DNA of 64,000 nucleotides from the human T2T-CHM13v2.0 reference genome, Homo sapiens: the NCBI RefSeq assembly GCF_009914755.1, contig NC_060926.1; one strand, 5' to 3'. Shown one piece after another: positions 44,471 through 57,441 of this stretch (position 1 is the first letter of the stretch; each line of letters starts with the position of its first letter). The notes under the pieces were generated by a model, which saw only the letters and a program-made list of their open reading frames with translations, searched no databases and was not told the DNA's origin. Made by a program: the position numbers and the translations under genes.

Positions 44471-45218
44471 TTTCTAACGTCTTAATGAACTAATAGAAGA
44501 CAGCTGAATTCATCTAGTTGCGTCTACATTTAATCTTTTGTGACATATTGTTTTATTAAAGAATATGAAGAAAATCTCACTTTGCACAGATATTTATAGT
44601 TGGAAAAAGGAGTTGTATTTCAATAGCTTTTCAGATAATTTTTGGTATTCTTCTTTGTTACTACACTATATTTTGGCAAGTGGTAGTTTCTAAAGATTAG
44701 TTTCATTGTAAATTCAGAAACCATATTACTGAACTCTGTTACATTAAAGTATATTGATTTATCTTGCGCTTTGATTGGATCTTTTAGCCATGCAAGATTT
44801 TGAAACATTAGGTATTGGTCATTTGGAAAATATTGGTTTTCTGAGTTATAAAGATCTTCTAAATGTCAAACTTCATTATAATACCAAAAATACATTTTAA
44901 AAATATTAACACCAATCTCATACAAAAGTCTTTCAGGACTGGGAAGTTATCAAACTTATGATGGTAGATGAAATTTTTCCAAATTTCTTATTTTTTGCTT
45001 TAAAGCTATAATTTTTTATTGGCAACAGATATTGTCATTTGTTTTCTTGGAAGCAATAGTGTAATTTCATTCATTTTTAAGAAAACAACTACCAAATATA
45101 AAAATTCTAATACTCATAGTTGGTAAGTCATTTATTCTTTGGAAAAGAAGTGTTCCAGGAAAAATCAGCCATTTCAGCTAACAACTCAATCCCACAGATG
45201 CTTTTTATCAGGACAACA

Positions 45219-45811
45219 GTGTTAGTTTCCTATTGCTACTGTAACAATTACCACAAATTTAGCAGCTTAAAGTAATACCCATTTATTATCTTACAATTTT
45301 GTGATCAGAAATCCAGTGGGCTTGGCTGACTACTCTGCCATAGATCCCATCAGGCTAGAATTTTGATGTCTTCGGCTCTTATCTGGAGGCTCCAGGGGAG
45401 AATCCACTTCCAGATTCACCCAGATTGTTGGCAGAATTCAGTGACATGCAGCTAGCTGTAGGAATGAGATTTGCTAGCTGGGGCTGGGAGTAATTCTCAG
45501 TTACTTCCTACATTTTTTGTCTTGTGATTCTCTTTGTCTTCAAATCCAATAACAGCAGGTTGAGTCCTCCTCATGCCTCCGATCTCTGACCTCGCTTCTG
45601 CCTCACCTCTGACTGGCTCTTCTGTCTCCCTTTTAAGGGCTCATGTGATTACATTGGAATCAGCTGAATAACGTGGGACAATCTCCCTTTTTTAATGCCA
45701 GGTAGAGTTATTGTCTATAAACTCTCTTCACAGTCATATCTTCATTAGTGTTTGATGGAATATTACAAGAAGGAGAATCTTGGGGGAACATCACTGCAAT
45801 TCTGCCTACCA
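45219..45811 (-). mobile_element. MLT1D/E-like solo LTR inserted in Charlie1
   Basis: TTAGTTTCCTATTGCTACTGTAACAATTACCACAAATTTAGCAGCTTAAA..GGGGAGAATCCACTTCC..AATTCTGCCTACCACA. Confidence 0.85.
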
Positions 45812-46989
45812 CAGTGACCACTGTCTTCCAATATGCAGTGGAAGAACATCATGCCTATTTCCCATTTTATCACACAAATTATTACAAATACGGAGACAAA
45901 AGGATTGAAATTTAATAAAATTGATAATTTTCACAACTTTATCCAAGATATTCTGTAAGTATAGTGGCTGCCTCTTCTTTCTCTTTCCCTTCTTCTTTTT
46001 CTTTATGTACTGCCTTGACTCATGCCAAAGCACCACAATTTTACTCATCATTGCTTTTGCACCAGCAGTGCAGATGTTGACACAGCAGAACAAAAATAAC
46101 ACCTTAGTATTGTAATAAAAATATTTTTGGCCTCATGAACTTTCTGAAGGAGTCTTGGGAATCTTGGTGCTCTGTGAACCAAAGTTTGAGAACACTTCTT
46201 CACACTACTTACTAATTATTTTGTTCAGTATTTTGTTTCTTTGGTTGAGACAGGTGTTATTAAGTAATAAAACCTATAAAATACAAGGAAAAAATTTTCA
46301 TTAAGATTGAAAGTAATGTGGCCTTGACACATTCAGCAAAGTGTTCAGGTTGATTGTTATCTAGTTGAGTGAGCTGGTGTTAAATGGGTCTAATTAAACT
46401 GGAAGCTGAAACCTATATTGAGAGACTTAATTCTTAGGTAACAGAAAACAAATAAAACATTAAATGGGTTGATAGCATTTGGACCATGACAATTTTGGGA
46501 CAACTCCAGTCTGTAAATCCCCTTCCCAACTCTAGAAACACTGACATTTGATGCTTCTTGTAAGTAGGTCCAGGAGTCCTTAGGGAGCTCTCATGTTTGC
46601 TATTAGTGTACAAGGATTTTCTTGGTGTCCCCTATACAGGGCTTTCTTTTCAACACTTCCTCAGTCAAGTCTCAAAACTGAAAATGGTTCTACTTCTCTA
46701 GAAAAGATTGAAGAGGTCTAAGAGTCCTCTCCTACACTAGAATACAAAAGCAACCTTTTTTTCTTCTCTTAGTGTTCATCATCTGTCCTTTTGCTTTCCT
46801 GTATTACTTTTGACTGAATAGCATCTTCTATGCCACTGGGCTCACAATGGCCTCTGTGAACACTCTACACTCCTCTATGGTACATCCCTGTACAAATCTG
46901 TCATCATGGAAGAACCTTCTTAGCAGACATAATTTAGTGTTTGATTGAATATTATAAAGGGAATCTGGGGGGGACATCTTTGGAATTCT

Positions 46990-47350
46990 GGCCCAGTCTC
47001 AATCATGAGTTACATTTAGGTATAATCCCTTTTGAGTTTATTTTAAACTGGAACAGTTCTTTAGCCTTTTTTTTTTTCTTGAGCTTGACAGTTTTGTCAA
47101 GTAATTTTGGATTATGTTGGTCAACCCTGGCTTGTCTGGTATTTCCTCATGGTTGGATTCAGCTCAAGCATTTTCAGAGGACATATCACATAATGTGTCT
47201 TTCTCTATGCATCACATCAGGAGGCACATGTCAGGTTGTTCCATTATCCTCACCTCCAAAGTGAGGTTAACTTTGATCACTTGGTGATGCCTTCTAGATT
47301 CTTTGTAGCGAAGTTACTACTTTCCCTCCTCTATAATTACTAATTAATTT
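46990..47350 (-). mobile_element. Old L1MC-type 3' fragment
   Basis: TGCATCACATCAGGAGGCACATG, GTTAACTTTGATCACTTGGT. Confidence 0.6.
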
Positions 47351-47528
47351 TTGGGGAGTTATTCTCATTTTCTTATTACCTCCATTCCTTATTCATTTGT
47401 CTTTTTACTTAACTTCTTGCAGTGTGGGTCCCACCTACCCCCAGCTGGTATGTCAGCCTGCCCACCACATTGCTATTATTCTAAGATTATCTGTCACCCC
47501 TCATTTTTCCTTTTTGTATTTTACAAAG

Positions 47529-48143
47529 TTTTTTTTTTTTAATACTTTAAGTTCTGGAATACATGTGCAGAACATGCAGGTTCGTTACATAGGTATACAC
47601 ATGCCATGGTGGTTTGCTGCACCCACCAACCCGTCGTCTACATCAGGTATTTATCCTAATGCTATCCTTCCCCTAGCCCCCCACCCCCTGACAGGCCCTG
47701 GTGTGTGAAGTTCCCCTCCCTGTGTCCATGTGTTCTCATTGTTCAACTGCCACTTACAAATGAGAACGTGTGGTGTTTTGGTTTTCTATTCCTGTGTTAG
47801 TTTGATGAGAATGATGGTTTCCAGCTTTATCCATGTCCCTGCAAAGGACATGAACTCATCCTTTTTTATGGCTGCATGGCACTCCATGGTGTATATGTGC
47901 CACATTTTCTTTATCCAGTCTATCAGTGATGGGCATTTGAGTTGGTTCTAAGTCTTTGCTATTGTGAACAGTGCTGCAATAAACATATGTGTGCATGTGT
48001 CTTTACAGTAGAATGATTTATCATCCTTTGGGTATATATCCAGTAATGGGATTGCTGGGTCAAATGGTATTTCTGGTTCTAGATCCTTGAGGAATCACCA
48101 CACTGTCTTCAACAATGGTTGAATTAATTTACACCACCAGTGT
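47529..48143 (-). mobile_element. 5'-truncated L1PA7/8-like 3' end (~0.6 kb)
   Basis: Closely similar to 13560-14170; T-tail at 47529. Confidence 0.92.
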
Positions 48144-48645
48144 GTAACCCCCTTTTTGCTGAATCCATGGCCTTTGTTTTTATCTTAATTTGTGTAAAAC
48201 TCCTGAGAATTCTTGACATTATTGACTTTGCAATTATTTCTGAATCTCTTACATCTCTTACAAAAAGAGTAATGCATTTTTTTCTTTTTAAATATATATT
48301 TTTTCATTTATTTGACCACTTTCTCAATGTGAGTATTTCCAAACTCTTTAGTGTGATATATTCTCTCTATAGTTTTACCTTCTCTGAATGTTCTGTTTAA
48401 ACTCATCCAGATTTAAATCTCTGTGTGGACCAGTGATTAATTCAAATTAATTAAATCAGAATTTGTAGGTGTGGCTTGGACGTCAAATTAAAAAAAAAAG
48501 CGTCACATGTAAACCAGATGATTTTAGTTTACAGTTGGGCTTCATAACTAGTAATACAAATTCACATTGGTTGTCATTTAAACATATTCAGAATGTATTG
48601 TAAAGTGAAAATCCAGGACACAAAATTATATTTAAAGAGTAACAA

Positions 48646-48822
48646 GGGGCAGGAGAAGGGAGAGCATCAGGATAAATAACTAATGCATGCGGGGCTTAAT
48701 ACCTAGGTGATGGGATGTTAGATGCAGCAAACCAACATGGCACACGTTTACCTATGTAACAAACCTGCAAGTCCTGCACATGTATCCCAGAATTAAAATA
48801 AATAAATAAATAAATAAAAAGA
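48646..48822 (+). mobile_element. Short L1PA13-16-like 3' terminus
   Basis: GGGCTTAATACCTAGGTGATGGG..CCTATGTAACAAACCTGCA..(TAAA)n tail. Confidence 0.85.
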
Positions 48823-50039
48823 ATGTTAAAAAATAATCTCCTATTTATTGAGTAGTACTATAGAATTAGGAAAAGCAATATTGTTGCTGAAAAAGAGTCT
48901 TTGGGGAGAGATTTCCTGCTTTTGAATCCATTTTTTCAAAGTACTAGCTCTGTAGTCTTGGCTATTTTATTTAAATGCTCAAAGCCTTAGTTCTTTGACT
49001 TCTTTATTGTATCCCTGTTCTGTACCAGGTCACCCAAGATATAGAAGAAAGCCCCTTTCAATCACAAATATATAATTACACATATTTTCTATTGAAAATT
49101 AGAGGAAAGAGACTATCACAGAATAAAGCAAAAGATGGATATTAGGTATATGTGTCTTTGAAAGTCCTTTAGGCTTCTCCCAGTCTCCTCTGCTTCTCTA
49201 TTTTGAAGAACTCTTCTTTGGCTCCATGGTCAATAGCAATTCCTCTTGCTTTATGATACAAAGCAGTTTAACTCCCTAGCCTTTTCTCAGGTCCAGGAAC
49301 TACCTTTGCCCATGCAAAGACTCTAAAACGCTCTGCTGAACAACATTTCCTTCAGCCCAGGGCCTATCCTTTAGTGGGACAGGAGAACTGGCAGAGGCAG
49401 AGACATTTTCCTCTTTTCCCACTCCCACCCTCACCAGTCTCTGAGATTAAAGGGATTAACCCACCCACACTCACCACTTAATCATGTGACATCCTTTAGA
49501 AGACAGAGTCACAGTCTTTGCATACCAATTTTTTTTGTATGCACAAATATGTATTTCTATGAAGTACCTTATAAAATATTAATAGCATACATCTGTTGGT
49601 TTTGTGACCATAAGATTTTTATGTTTTTAGGCATTTACAAGTTTGAATATTTTGCAATGAATGCATGTTACTATTGTAATAAAAAATAAAAGGTAAGAAA
49701 AAGCTCTCCAATCCTAACCTCTCATCTGGCCTTCAGTTCTGTATTTTCATTAGACTATCCACCAGGCTTATAGGAATTCATAAATATGTCTGTACTTTCA
49801 AACTGGCTCCCTTTCCCACCTATTCCATTAAGCCTCCTTTCATCTTTAATTTATTTGTGCTATTGCATTAGGTCCTGGGCTCAGTGCTGTGGCCAATCTG
49901 TAAAATCTTTTTTTTTTTTTTAAAGTAAGTATATAAGTAAACATTTATTTAGAAAGAGAAAAGGAATCATAATACCACAAGCATCACAAAACCTAAAAAA
50001 CTCTTTATAAATTAAATGCATAACACACTGCTATACTAC

Positions 50040-50640
50040 TTTCTTTTTTTAAATTTTATTATTATTATACTTTAAGTTTTAGGGTACATGTGCACAACGT
50101 GCAGGTTAGTTACATATGTATACATGTGCCATGCTGGTGTGCTGCACCCATTAACTCGTCATTTAGCATTAGGTATATCTCTTAATGCTATCCCTCCCCC
50201 CTCCCCCCACCCCACAACAGTCCCTGAAGTGTGATGTTCCCCTTCCTGTGTCCATGTGTTCTCATTGTTCAATTCCCACCTGTGAGTGAGAACATGTGGT
50301 GTTTGGTTTTTTGTCCTTGCGATAGTTTGCTGAGAATGATGGTTTCCAGTTTCATCCATGTCCCTACAAAGGACATGAACTCTTCATTTTTTATGGCTGC
50401 ATAGTATTCCATGGTGTGTATGTGCCACATTTTCTTAATCCAGTCTATCATTGTTGGACATTTGGGTTGGTTCCAAGTCTTTGCTATTGTGAATAGTGCC
50501 ACAATAAACATACATGTGCATGTGTCTTTATAGCAGCATGATTTATAGTCCTTTGGGTATATACCCAGTAATGGGATTGCTGGGTCAAATGGTATTTCTA
50601 GTTCTAGATCCCTGAGGAATCGCCACACTGACTTCCACAA
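50040..50640 (-). mobile_element. 5'-truncated L1PA3/4-like 3' end (~0.6 kb)
   Basis: 123-aa ORF2 C-terminus (50269-50640), young-type 3'UTR, tail. Confidence 0.95.
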
Positions 50641-50789
50641 TTATTTTCCTTCTTTTTATATGTGTTTCCATAATAAGAGAAGCATTATGACATTTACAAA
50701 AAAACAGTTTGAGACTTGAAGCAAAAAAAGACTTTGAAGCACCAAGTTGGATAACATATGTAAAGTGTCTTTCGACTATATGTAGCTAT

Positions 50790-51111
50790 AAAGTTACCTC
50801 TCAATATCTGCGAGTGATTGGTTCCAGGAACCCTGTGGATACCAACATCCATGGATGCAAGTCTCTCATGTAAACTGATGTATTTGCATATAACATACAC
50901 ATCCTCCCATATACTTTAAATCATCTCTAGATTACTTATAATACCTGATACAATGTGGATGCTATGTAAATAATTGTTATACTGTATTTTTAATTTTATA
51001 ATTTTTATTTTTGTATTTTTATTTTTTAAAATATTTTTGATCCATAGTTAGTTGAATCCACAGATGCCAAAACCAGAAATGTGGAACTTGCAGATACAAA
51101 GGGCCTACTAC
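50790..51111. mobile_element. MER2 (TcMar-Tigger MITE)
   Basis: GATTGGTTCCAGGA..GGATACCAA..TACTTTAAATCATCTCTAGATTACTTATAATACCT..GTTGAATCCACAGATG. Confidence 0.88.
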
Positions 51112-51242
51112 ATTCGTTTTTAAGAGCTTTGAAGCTCTTCAAAAGCTGTGCATAAAGTATTTAATTTTGGGAAATGTGCCCCAAAATAGCTTGAAGAAAG
51201 GTGTTCATAACAGTATAGTAATAATAAAACACATCTGCACCA

Positions 51243-51655
51243 TGGTAGGCAGCCACAGTGATCCCACCTCCTGGTATTCAGCCTCTGCCTGGGTGATCCT
51301 CTGCCAGTGAGTGTGGGCTGGACCTGGGGACTCACTTCTGGCAAACAGACTATGGCAAAAGTGATAGGATATCACTTCTCTCATTACATCACCAAAAACC
51401 CTGTGGCTTTCCTCTTCCTTTCCTTCTCTCTCTTTCTCTCCGAACCTTTTGCTCTGGAGAAAGCAGCTGCCATGTTTTGAGCTTGCAATCAGACCCTCCT
51501 CAGACTGGAGACTGCAGCATCCACCAACAGCTTCTTCACAGCCCAAACCACGTCAAGATTCAAAATCCACAGGAACTGTGAAATGATATGTGTTTGTTGT
51601 TTTAAGCCACTAAATTTCAGTTGGTTTGTTACACAGCAAGAAATAGCAACTATAA
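51243..51655 (+). mobile_element. MLT1E/F-like LTR
   Basis: GATCCCACCTCCTGGTATTCA..GAGTGTGGGCTGGACCT..TTTTAAGCCACTAAATTT..TTGTTACACAGCAA. Confidence 0.8.
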
Positions 51656-51849
51656 CCCCTAAAAAAACTACCCCTTAACCATAATACAGAAAGTATATAA
51701 GAATTTTTTACTTATATCATGGAACTGAACAAGTTAATTATTCAATATTTTCAAATTGTATATCATATTTGTTATACAAATTTGTGATGATATAGTCTAC
51801 ATGTTTATCATTTTATGGACTGTATGGTAATATCATCGTAATAACACAT

Positions 51850-52480
51850 AGTAGTTTCCATAATGAGTAAGAGCTCATTCTCTGAGACTAGACTAGGTCT
51901 AAGTCAAACCCCAGTGACCTTAGGCAAATTGCTTAACTTCTCTGTAAAACTGAGAGAATAATAATGTTTACTTCACAATTTTTTTTTACAAGGATCAGTT
52001 CAAACAAGGAAAGTGGAATAGAGCCTAGCATACCATAAAACTTCAACAAATGTTAACTTTCAAAAATAATCTATTTTTCACCATTCTCCCATTGTGGGAT
52101 GTTTTAGTGGGATCTGATTTCTGCTACCTTCTAGCCTATGCCACTAATCCTAGCTGCATACTTGCCTCTGGATATCCTGCTGTTAGGTTTTGTCAGCCTA
52201 TTTCTTTGAAACAAAGCCTCTATGTCTGACACTTCCTTGAATGACTGCACTACAGAAAGAATAGAAGAACTCTAGAGAGATCTGACTTCAAATTCAATTT
52301 TCCACCCTTGAGCCCTTGGTCAAGTCACTTTCCTTTATAGTGTCTAAGTTTTCTAGACTATAAAATACAACTAACAGTAACTATCTTTTAAGGTTGTTGA
52401 AAGTATTAGAGGTAATATATATTAAAATAATGTAAGTTAAATCTCTGGCATATGGTAGGTACTCAATAAATAAAAACTGT
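51850..52480 (+). mobile_element. Two MIR fragments (~51850-52060 and ~52250-52480)
   Basis: GTGACCTTAGGCAAATTGCTTAACTTCTCTG; CCTTGGTCAAGTCACTT..TGGCATATGGTAGGTACTCAATAAAT. Confidence 0.65.
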
Positions 52481-53202
52481 TACTGCAAAATGTGGCTAAG
52501 CCCTTTGGATACTGCATCTTTTCCTCTATATTAGGCTCCTTCCCACTGCCTTCAGCTAGGCTTGCCTTTTTCTCCATGCGGTATTCTTCAAAAGAAGTAG
52601 CTAAAGGGATTTATTTATTTAAAGATAGTTAATTACCCTCTCAAGTGACTTTAGCAGGCCAGATGGTTTTCATTTTAAAAATAATCACTCTTCAGAGGAA
52701 GGGAAGAATAGAATTTGTAAAGTCTGTTCTATAGTTCATAACAAGGTATGCCTTGCTTCATCTGTGCATGTTTTTGAAAATACTTGAGTCTCTAGCGACA
52801 CAGATTCTGATTCAGCAGGTCTAAGATGACATTTGTGTTTTAAAAACTGTCTAAAGCAAGATACTCAAAGTAAACAAAGTTTTCAGAGCTCCTACAAGAA
52901 GGCTTTTCTAATCTGAATGAGAGGGACAAAACTGCTGTGTCTGAAATCTTTTTGGCAATGGCTGCTTTTATAAGAATAATTCTCTTCTCAGAGTAAGTTT
53001 GAACATGCATCACTAAAACATCATGACATGTATAGCTTTCTAAAAATAATTCTAAAATTTGATTAACAAATATTCAAGGGAGCACTATTGCCTTTAATAT
53101 TAAACATACTACTTAAAGCGAACCATAAACACTGATTATGAAGAAGTCTGATAGTTTTTGTTTAAATTGTTTTGGAAAGCAATATTTTACTTTAGTGGAG
53201 AT

Positions 53203-53392
53203 CAGTGATTCTTAAACTTGAGGGAACTTCAGAACTTCTTTGAGGGCTTACTAAAGCACAGATGGCCTGAACTCACCCTCCAAGTGTCTGGTTTGGGAGG
53301 TCTGGGGATGGGAACAGTGAATTTGCACTTCTGAAAAATTCCCAGGTGATGCTGATGCTGATGGTCTGTGGACCACACTTTGAGAACCACTG
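53203..53392. mobile_element. MER5A hAT-Charlie MITE
   Basis: TIRs CAGTGATTCTTAAA / TTTGAGAACCACTG, ~190 bp, internal CCCAGGTGATGCTGATGCTG. Confidence 0.88.
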
Positions 53393-53977
53393 CCACAGAC
53401 AAAACCTGATAATAGTTTCCTCTTGGAGGATGATGACGAAAGTCTGTATCACCTGTCAGGAAGACATCAAGAGAGGCCTACTGACAGTCTTCAGAAAAGA
53501 AGTCTCTTTTTTGCTCATCTGTATTTTGTGACATGTTCAGTATTGCCTTCCTGGAGAAAGAACTAAGACAAATGAAGAACAAAGTCTTTTTCTAAAACAA
53601 AAAAATCTAAAAAGATAGATAAAACCCCCCAATAATACATGTTTTTGTGCCTTTTCTAGCAGCTTTTATTACGCAGTACAGATAACAAATAAACTCAACC
53701 ATTTTCCAAATTTTATTGGTTTCCTTCTATGCTGTTGAACACATGAGGCTCCATCGCATGTCTCTCTGCTGTGTTGGGCTTGTGGTTTCTAAGAGTTCAG
53801 AATCCTCTTTGATGCTGCTTCCTGAAGAGAATAACTGTTGTCTTGCATGTCTGTAAGGTAGCCCAAAGAAACAGACATGGACCTCAGCATCCAAATGCTG
53901 AGGGGCTTTTCTATTGTCAAACCTTATTACCCCAGACTCTCTCCTTGACCATGTGAAGTCTGCTGAAAGATAGTCAT

Positions 53978-56082
53978 CTTTTTTTTTTCTCTTTTAACTT
54001 TCCTTTAAGGTTCAGGAGTACATGTGCTGCTTTATTATGTAGGTAAACTTATGTCATGGAGGTTTGGTGTACAGATTATTTTGTCCCCCAGGTACTAAGC
54101 ATAGTACCCGATAGGTACTTTTTCAGATCCTCTCCCTCCTCTCACCCTCCTATAGGCCCCACTGTCTGTTGTTCCTCTTTATGTGTCCATGTGTTCTCAT
54201 CATTTAGCTCCCACTTACAAGTAAGAACATGCGATATTGGTTTTTTTGTTCCTGTGTTAGTGTGCTTAGGATAATGGCCTCCAGCTCTAACCATGTTGCT
54301 GCAAAGGACATGATATCATTCTGTTTTATGACCACAAAGTATTTCATGGTGTATAGGCACCACATTTTCTTTATCAGTCTACAGTTGATGGGCATTTAGG
54401 TTGATCCCATGACTTTGCTACTGGGAATGGTGCTGCAATGAACATACACGTGCCTGTGTCTTTATAGCAGAATGACTTATATTCCTTTGGGTATATACTC
54501 AATAAGGGGATTGCCGGGTCAAATGGTAATTCTGTTTTTATTATTTTAGGATTTGTCACACTGCTTTCTGCAATGGCTGAATTAATTTATACTCCCACAA
54601 GCAGTAAATAAGCATTCCCCACAACCTCACCAGCATCTGTTATTTTTTTGACTTTTTATTAATAGTCATTCTAATTGGTGTGAGGTGGTATCTCATTGTG
54701 GTTTTGATTTGCATTTCTCTAATGATTAGTAATGTTGAGTATTTTGTTCATACGCTGGTTGGCTGTGTGTATGTCTTCTTTTGAAAAGTGTCTGTTCATG
54801 TCCTTTGCCCATTGTTTAATGGGGTTGTTTGTTTTTTGCTTGTTAATTTGTTTAAGTTCCTTATAGATTCTGGATAGTAGACCTTTATCAGATGCATATT
54901 TTGCAAAAATTTTCTCCCATTCTTTAGGTTTCTGTTTATTCTGTTGATAGTTTTCGTTTCTTTTTGCTGTGCAGAAGCTCTTTAATTTAATTAGATCCCA
55001 TTTGTCAATTTTTGCTTTTATTTTAATTGCTTGTGTCTTCCTCATGAAATCTTTGCCCATTCCTATGTCCAGAATGATATTTCTTAGGTTATCTTCCAAG
55101 GTTTTTATAATTTTAGGATTTCCATTTAAGTCTAGAATCCATCTGGAGTTGATTTTTATATATGGTGTAAGGAAGGGGTCCAGTTTCAATCTTCTGCATA
55201 AGTTTAGCTAGTTATTCCAGTAACATTTATTGAATAGGGGGTTGTATTGGTCAGGGTTCTCTAGACAGATAGAACTAATAGGATAGATGTATATATGAAG
55301 GGGATTTTATTAGGAGAATTGACTCACATGACCACAAGGTGAAGCCCCATAATAGGCCATCTGTAAGCTGAGGATCCAGGAAGCCAGTCCTAGTCCCAAA
55401 ACCTCAAAAGTAGGGAAGCCGATAGTGCAGGCTTCAGTCTGTGGCCAAAACCTAAGAACCCCTGGCAAATCACTGGTGTAAGTCCAAGAGTCCAAAAGTT
55501 GAAGGACTTGGAGTCTGGTGTTCGAGGGCAAGAAGCATCCAGGATGGGAGAAAGCTGGAAGCCAGAAGAATTAGCCAGTCTAGTCTCCATGTTCTTCTGC
55601 TCGCTTTTATTCTAGCTGTGCTGGTGGCTGATTAGACTGTGCCCACCCAGATTGAGGGTGGGTCTGCCTTTGCCAGTCCACTGACTCAAATGTTAATCTC
55701 CTTTGGCAACACCCTCACAGACACACCCAGGAACAATATTTGGCATCCTTCAATCCAATCAAGTTGACACTCAATATTAACCATCACAGGAGTCCTTTCC
55801 CTATTGCTTGTTTTTGTCAGCTTTGTTGATGATCAGATGGTTGTAGTTATGCACCATTATCTCTGGGCTCTCTATTCTGCTCCATTGGTCTGTGTGTCTG
55901 CTTTTGTACCAGTACGATGCTGTTTTGGTTACTGTAGCCCTATAGTATAGTTTGAAGTCAGGTAACATGATGCCTCCAGCTTTGTTCTTTTTGCTTAGGA
56001 TTGACTTGGCTATTCAGGCTCTTTTTTGGTTTCATATGAATTAAAAAAAATTTTTTTCTAGTTCTGTGAAGGATGTCATTGG
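53978..56082 (-). mobile_element. L1PA15/16-like 3' portion, split by MLT2A
   Basis: ORF2 fragments ([23 protein letters not shown]), old L1PA 3'UTR; sequence is contiguous across the LTR. Confidence 0.92.
55243..55788 (-). mobile_element. MLT2A2-like (HERV-L) solo LTR, 546 bp, 5-bp TSD
   Basis: TGTATTGGTCAGGGTTCTCTAGA..TATTAACCATCACA; TSD GGGGT (55238) / GGAGT (55789). Confidence 0.9.
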
Positions 56083-56155
56083 AATAGTTGTATTTTAATC
56101 TAGTTAGCAAATTAGCTCATAGAGTGAGTGTTTACTACAAATAAGCAACAATATT

Positions 56156-56626
56156 TGTTATGGGTTAAATTATGTCCTCTGCAAACATATTGAAGTCCTA
56201 ACCTCTGGTACCTGTGACTGTGACCTCATTTAGAAATAGAGTCTTGCAGATAATCAAGTTAGGATGAGTTCACTGGGGTGGATGCTAATCCAATATGACT
56301 GATGTCCTTATAAAAAAAGAAATTTGGACACAGACATAGACAATTACATAAGGAGAACCTCATGTAGAGATAAAGGCAGAAATCGGGGTGATCCATCCAC
56401 AAACCAAAGAATGCCAAAGATTACCAGGAAACCACCAGAAGCTAGGAGAGAGACACGGGGAAGATTCTTTCATCACTTTCAGAAGGAGCTAACCCTGCAG
56501 ACACACTGATGTTGGACTTGTAGCCTACAGAATGTGGGACAATGAATTTTTGTTGTTTAAGATGGGACAATGAATTTTTGTTGTTTAAGATACCCAGTTT
56601 ATGGCAGCCCCTAAGAGACGAATACA
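56156..56626 (+). mobile_element. MLT1B/C-like LTR with an exact 28-bp tandem duplication (56535-56590)
   Basis: TGTTATGGGTTAAATT..TGAAGTCCTAACC..CTAATCCAATATGACTGATGTCCTTATAA..ATACA. Confidence 0.85.
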
Positions 56627-57128
56627 TGTATTATTGTAACCCATGGTATTGTTATATTTTCACGTTATTAAACTTTTCTAATTTTCTCCCTGTGGTTAGT
56701 TTTATTTGTCCCTGTGACAGTTTTATTAACTGTCAGGGAGAACAGAAGGTATTTCAATAAATAGCTGTTAATGTAATTTGCTCTCCACTTTGAGTGGAGG
56801 GGAAAATATTCCAAGTAGATTTTTATTTCTGCACTTGTTTTTCTTTTATATGCATTTGCAGTCTTGGATAACACTACTTACACATGCTTTTTCCTAAGAT
56901 GAAACCCACTTGTCAACATATTTAGGCAGATCCAAACTTTACAGATCTCTCTTCTCAGGTGAAGAAGCAATTTCTTTTTTTGAGTCAGGCTGACATCTGA
57001 TTTATTTTTCAAATGGGGAGTCAATTGTTCCAAACCACTGAAAGGTTAATTTGTATTTTCTCACTAGAGGCAGTTTTTAAAGGAAACAAATTTTATCTTC
57101 AATAGGTTAATTCAGAAAAGAAATAAAG

Positions 57129-57441
<313 letters not shown>

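Larger units (their letters stand above)
40740..46197 (-). mobile_element. Charlie1-type hAT DNA transposon in three pieces (40740-40988, 44471-45218, 45811-46197)
   Basis: ORF track peptides WLKDPIKAQDKSIYFNVTE and VNICTAGAKAM..LQNILDKVVKIINFIK resemble Charlie1 transposase; terminal TTTGAGAAC. Confidence 0.8.
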
